A stretch of DNA of 64,000 nt from Octopus sinensis (taxonomy: Eukaryota). The translations under genes and the position numbers were made by a program. The stretch spans positions 124,001 to 188,000 of the forward strand of contig NW_021832602.1 in NCBI RefSeq assembly GCF_006345805.1, written 5' to 3'. The notes under the pieces were generated by a model. It saw only the letters and a list, made by a program, of their open reading frames with translations. It did no database searches and was not told where the DNA came from. How positions within the stretch are numbered: the first letter of the stretch is position 1; every line of letters starts with the position of its first letter. Below are positions 60,600 through 64,000 of the stretch, piece after piece.

Positions 60600-63500
60600 C
60601 TGAATAGGCAAAAATGAGAGTATTAAAGCAGAAAAAAGGGGTGCAAAGCGATCGGGATCAGAAGGGGATGTGGTAGAACCTATTCAGGTAGCCCGTGAGG
60701 ACGGCTGGCGTACCGTGGGGAAACCTAAATGTGTCGCTTGCCGTCCAATCTTAAACACCTTAGGTACTCGCAACTCGTCTTCGGAGATGAATCCACAGTC
60801 AAAGAAGACCGCTCGCGCCGAGGATAGAACTACCTTCGGCGTTGTAGCACGACTAGAGGTCCGTCCCACCTGTGGAAAGGCCTCAGTCATCAAAATCCTA
60901 GGGATTTTGGACTCGATACAGCCGTCTAAGCGGTATCGAGTCCTGAAGAGGGAGCCCACCCAATTCCTGCTTGGGTGGGAGAAGTCTGAGGACTTTTTCA
61001 GTTTCGAAAGGGAGCTGGAAAAGTCCATCCCGTTCGGTCCTGGCATGCATCGGCTTGTCAGGTTCGAACGCAAGGTAGGGCAGGTAAGAGTCCTCCTCCT
61101 TGGGGTCCCCCGGGACTTCGAGGATAACGACCTTTTAGAGCACCTGCAGAGGGAGTACCCTAGTGCCTCAGCCATTGCACGCTTCAAGCAAGGTTACCGG
61201 CCTCTTGAAGTGGTGGAGGTCACGCTGGGATCTCCTGCGGAAGCCGAGCGCCTCATACTGCTGGGTACGAGGGTCGGCTATGTTAGGCTTCGTGCTGTCC
61301 GGCCCCGCCCGAAAGTTACCCAATGCTTTCGGTGTCAGGGTTTCGGGCACATAAGCACGAGGTGTCCTGAGAAGGCGAAGTGCCTGACCTGCGGTGGGGA
61401 GCATGGTCGCAAAACATGCCCCTCGCCACCTACGAAGAGGTACTGTGTCAACTGTGGTAAGTTAGGACACAGTGCCAATTTCAAAGGTTGCCCTAAGTTC
61501 AAGGAGGCAACCCGAAAGGTAGATGCGGGTGTGATCTCGAAGGTAAGTCGCGCGGCTAGCGTCGCAGCTCCTGGGCCACAACCTGGCAAGCGGGCAAAGC
61601 AGTCCAAACCACCCAAGACTGCTTCGGTGGCAAGGCCTGTGAAGCCTGCAAGCCACATTTCGAGCGGGTCGGTACCACCTTCGCCGACAAAGTCGGCTGA
61701 GCCGCCAGTAACATCCGAGTCAGTTCGGATGCCGAAGCGTGCTAAGCCTTCCGAGTGGGCTACAGGTGATACCGCCCAGCAAAACCTAGGGGGGGAAAAG
61801 GCGTCCTCCATACGTGGAAATGCCACCGCACTCCCCCCCTGGCGAGCGTGCTCCCCAGGACACCATTAGTCCTGAGGTGCAGTTGTGTGTGTGCCTACTA
61901 AAATTATGTAGGGCGACGAAGTGCAGTGTAGCAGATATGCTACAATGCAACATGGCTGAGGCCAAGAAGATCCTTGGCGAGGAACCAATATGATGCTCAA
62001 CATTATATCGGTGAACGCGCGCTCCTTGTCCGGTAAAGGAGACGCCGTTCAGAGGATGTTGGCCAGCACGAGTGCGGACATTCTGGTGGTCAACAAAACG
62101 AAGGTAAAGGGGGGTCCGTACGTAGTTGATGGCTACAACTGTTGTCACATACCCTGGAAACAGGGGTCAATATGTGGCACGGGAACTAGCCTCTTCTACA
62201 AGCCGTACCTCGCATTGCAAAGTTCAGGTTTATGTTCTTGTAGCCTATGCGAATTCCTTCAAGTAAGGATTCGTATAGGTAACTTTACATTTCACCTAGG
62301 GGCGATGTATTCGAAGAACTTTACGGCGTGTTCCTGGCACGTACGGGAGTTCTTTGGAAAGCATCCAAAGGCGATGGTTGTTGGAGACCTGAATGCCAAG
62401 CACATAGAGCTTGGTTTCAGGGTAACCAATGCGCATGGTTTGGCTCTGAAGACGCTGGTTGAAGACCTCGGGCTGGAAATCCGGACTTCAAGTGAGCCAA
62501 ACCACATCGATTCGCGAGGCGGACGAGACTGGCTAGGGCTTGCTCTGGTCAGTCCTGTAATGCTAAATTGGGTTAGTAAAACAATTTTATTGCCCGATAT
62601 TGGAAGCGACCATCTGCCTCTATTGCACGAACTCCGCGAGCCAGTCCCTCAAAGGGTTCCGGGATACTTCGACCTCCGGTCGGGTTCTTGGGCCAACCTG
62701 GAGAGGTTCATGGCCAGCAGGTTGCCCTCACTTCTGGTGGGGAATACCTGTGCCAATATACGTGAGTTGGAGGCGTTAGATAATGGAATCAATGCTGTTC
62801 TGACTGATTATATGCGAGATAATTTTAAATAGAACTCAGTGCAGGGTAAGTCACATTCCACGCTCCCATACCGGGTCTTAAATAAAATTAAGTTTAAGCG
62901 CCGGCTATCCAGACAACGGGACAAATGCGTTTACGAGGAAAACCGCGTTTGGTTTCGTGGCTGGATTAGCCGGCTTTGGAGGGAGATCAGAAGAGAAATC
63001 CGCGAATTTGAAAGTTCACGGTGGAGCGCGTAGACGCCCGCTTCCCGGACTTCTGGAAACAGTTGAAGAGCCTGTCGGAGAGAGGGGTAGCAAATTCAGT
63101 GCGCCTTAAACGCTCTGATGGAACCCTCGTTTCGGACCCGGTTGAGGTGGCTGAAATATTTTCGACCCACCTCGATAACATCTCTGGAACTGACGGAAGC
63201 CAGTTCGTGGAGACATCGTCCTTTGATACTGTCCAGCAGATATTGTCGTGGGACAAGCGCTGCCAGCTGGGCATATCAAGGAACGATGCAGGCGATATTT
63301 CCGAAGCGGAGATTCTGGCAGCGATCTCCCGAAGTAAGAACACTGCGGCGGGTCTGGATCGGATCCCTATGGCCATCTTTAAGAAGGCCCCGTTGTTGAT
63401 CACCGCCTTACAGGTCTTGTTTAGCGGAAGCTTGCGACTTGGGATGATTCCCTCTAGATGGAAAGTGGCTGAGGTAATCCTTATCGGAAAACCCAGGATG

Positions 63501-63604
63501 CCTCATGATGTCCCCGGGGAATACAGGCCCATTTCCTTGCTTCCCGCTGTACCTAAAATTTTAGAAAGGATTATGCACCGAAGGCTCCTGGAGGAGCTGA
63601 CGGT
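60600..63604 (+). mobile_element. Jockey-clade LINE: ORF1 gag (3 CCHC knuckles) and ORF2 APE-RT, 3'-truncated
   Basis: QCFRCQGFGH, CLTCGGEH, CVNCGKLGHSANFKGCP; ISVNARSL, VGDLNAKH, GSDHLP; WKVAEVILIGKP, YRPISLLPAVPKILER. Ends at gagctgacggt. Confidence 0.92.
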
Positions 63605-63609
63605 ACCCT

Positions 63610-64000
63610 ACAGTGGATAACTTAATTGCCTCCATTAAAGGACTTGTTCTCAAAAACAGTAGTCGAAGGCAACTATTTTCTGAAATAGGACTACCTCCAG
63701 AACTTATTGTTACTAGATGGGGAAGCTGGCTTCGAGCAACCAAGTACTACGCGGAACATTTCTCCAGAGTGTTGGAAATATGTAATTCGTTAAAAGGAGA
63801 ATCCCTATTGATTCGGAGGGCAAAAGAATCAATAAACCATGAAGGACTTTTTAATGGTTTAAAAGAAATATGGAATCACTATTCTTCATTTGCAGATGTT
63901 TTTCCTGAAATTGAGTCCACAAACTTTTCAATCGAGAAGGCTATTAATTTTTTGAAAATACTCGATCTGAAAGAAGATACCTGCAAAATAAAAGAATATA
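63610..64000 (+). mobile_element. DUF659/CGGBP-like transposase fragment (runs off the window)
   Basis: VDNLIASIK...RRQLFSEIGLPPELIVTRWGSWLRATKYY, homologous to 45215-45535. Confidence 0.75.

Noticed and set aside
60684-61826. Long antisense ORFs (167 and 163 aa) over LINE ORF1
   Set aside because: They are shadow frames of GC-rich coding sequence with no motifs.

Overview
AT-rich eukaryotic (animal) genomic DNA. A few compact host genes sit as islands among nested, mostly decayed transposable elements. The host genes, spliced by hand, are VPS33, a secreted leucine-rich-repeat protein, an FMR1/FXR orthologue, a WAVE-homology-domain-like gene, NDK/NME, tRNA-Cys(GCA), UFL1 and NSUN5. Almost all introns are only about 19-33 nt GT-AG, have degenerate splice signals and often sit at the same positions as in vertebrate orthologues. 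This architecture is known from dicyemid mesozoans; the taxon is inferred, and a myxozoan or other reduced parasite is not excluded. Mobile DNA includes many hAT elements (Buster/SPIN-like, ZNF862-like, DUF659/CGGBP-like) with exact 8-bp TSDs, plus IS630/Tc1/pogo, Merlin, a Ginger-like integrase element, R4/Dong, CRE, RTE and Jockey-like LINEs, and LTR remnants. The most unusual signals are: (i) a C-rich to G-rich skew gradient across each host-gene block, which resets at an AT-rich intron; (ii) transposases of several unrelated families carrying host-type micro-introns; (iii) an RGG-less minimal FMRP; (iv) an intronless decayed ORF of unknown, possibly viral, origin. Many frameshifts are single-base indels in homopolymer runs and are probably sequencing errors. 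All protein family calls rest on motifs recalled from memory; no database search was run.
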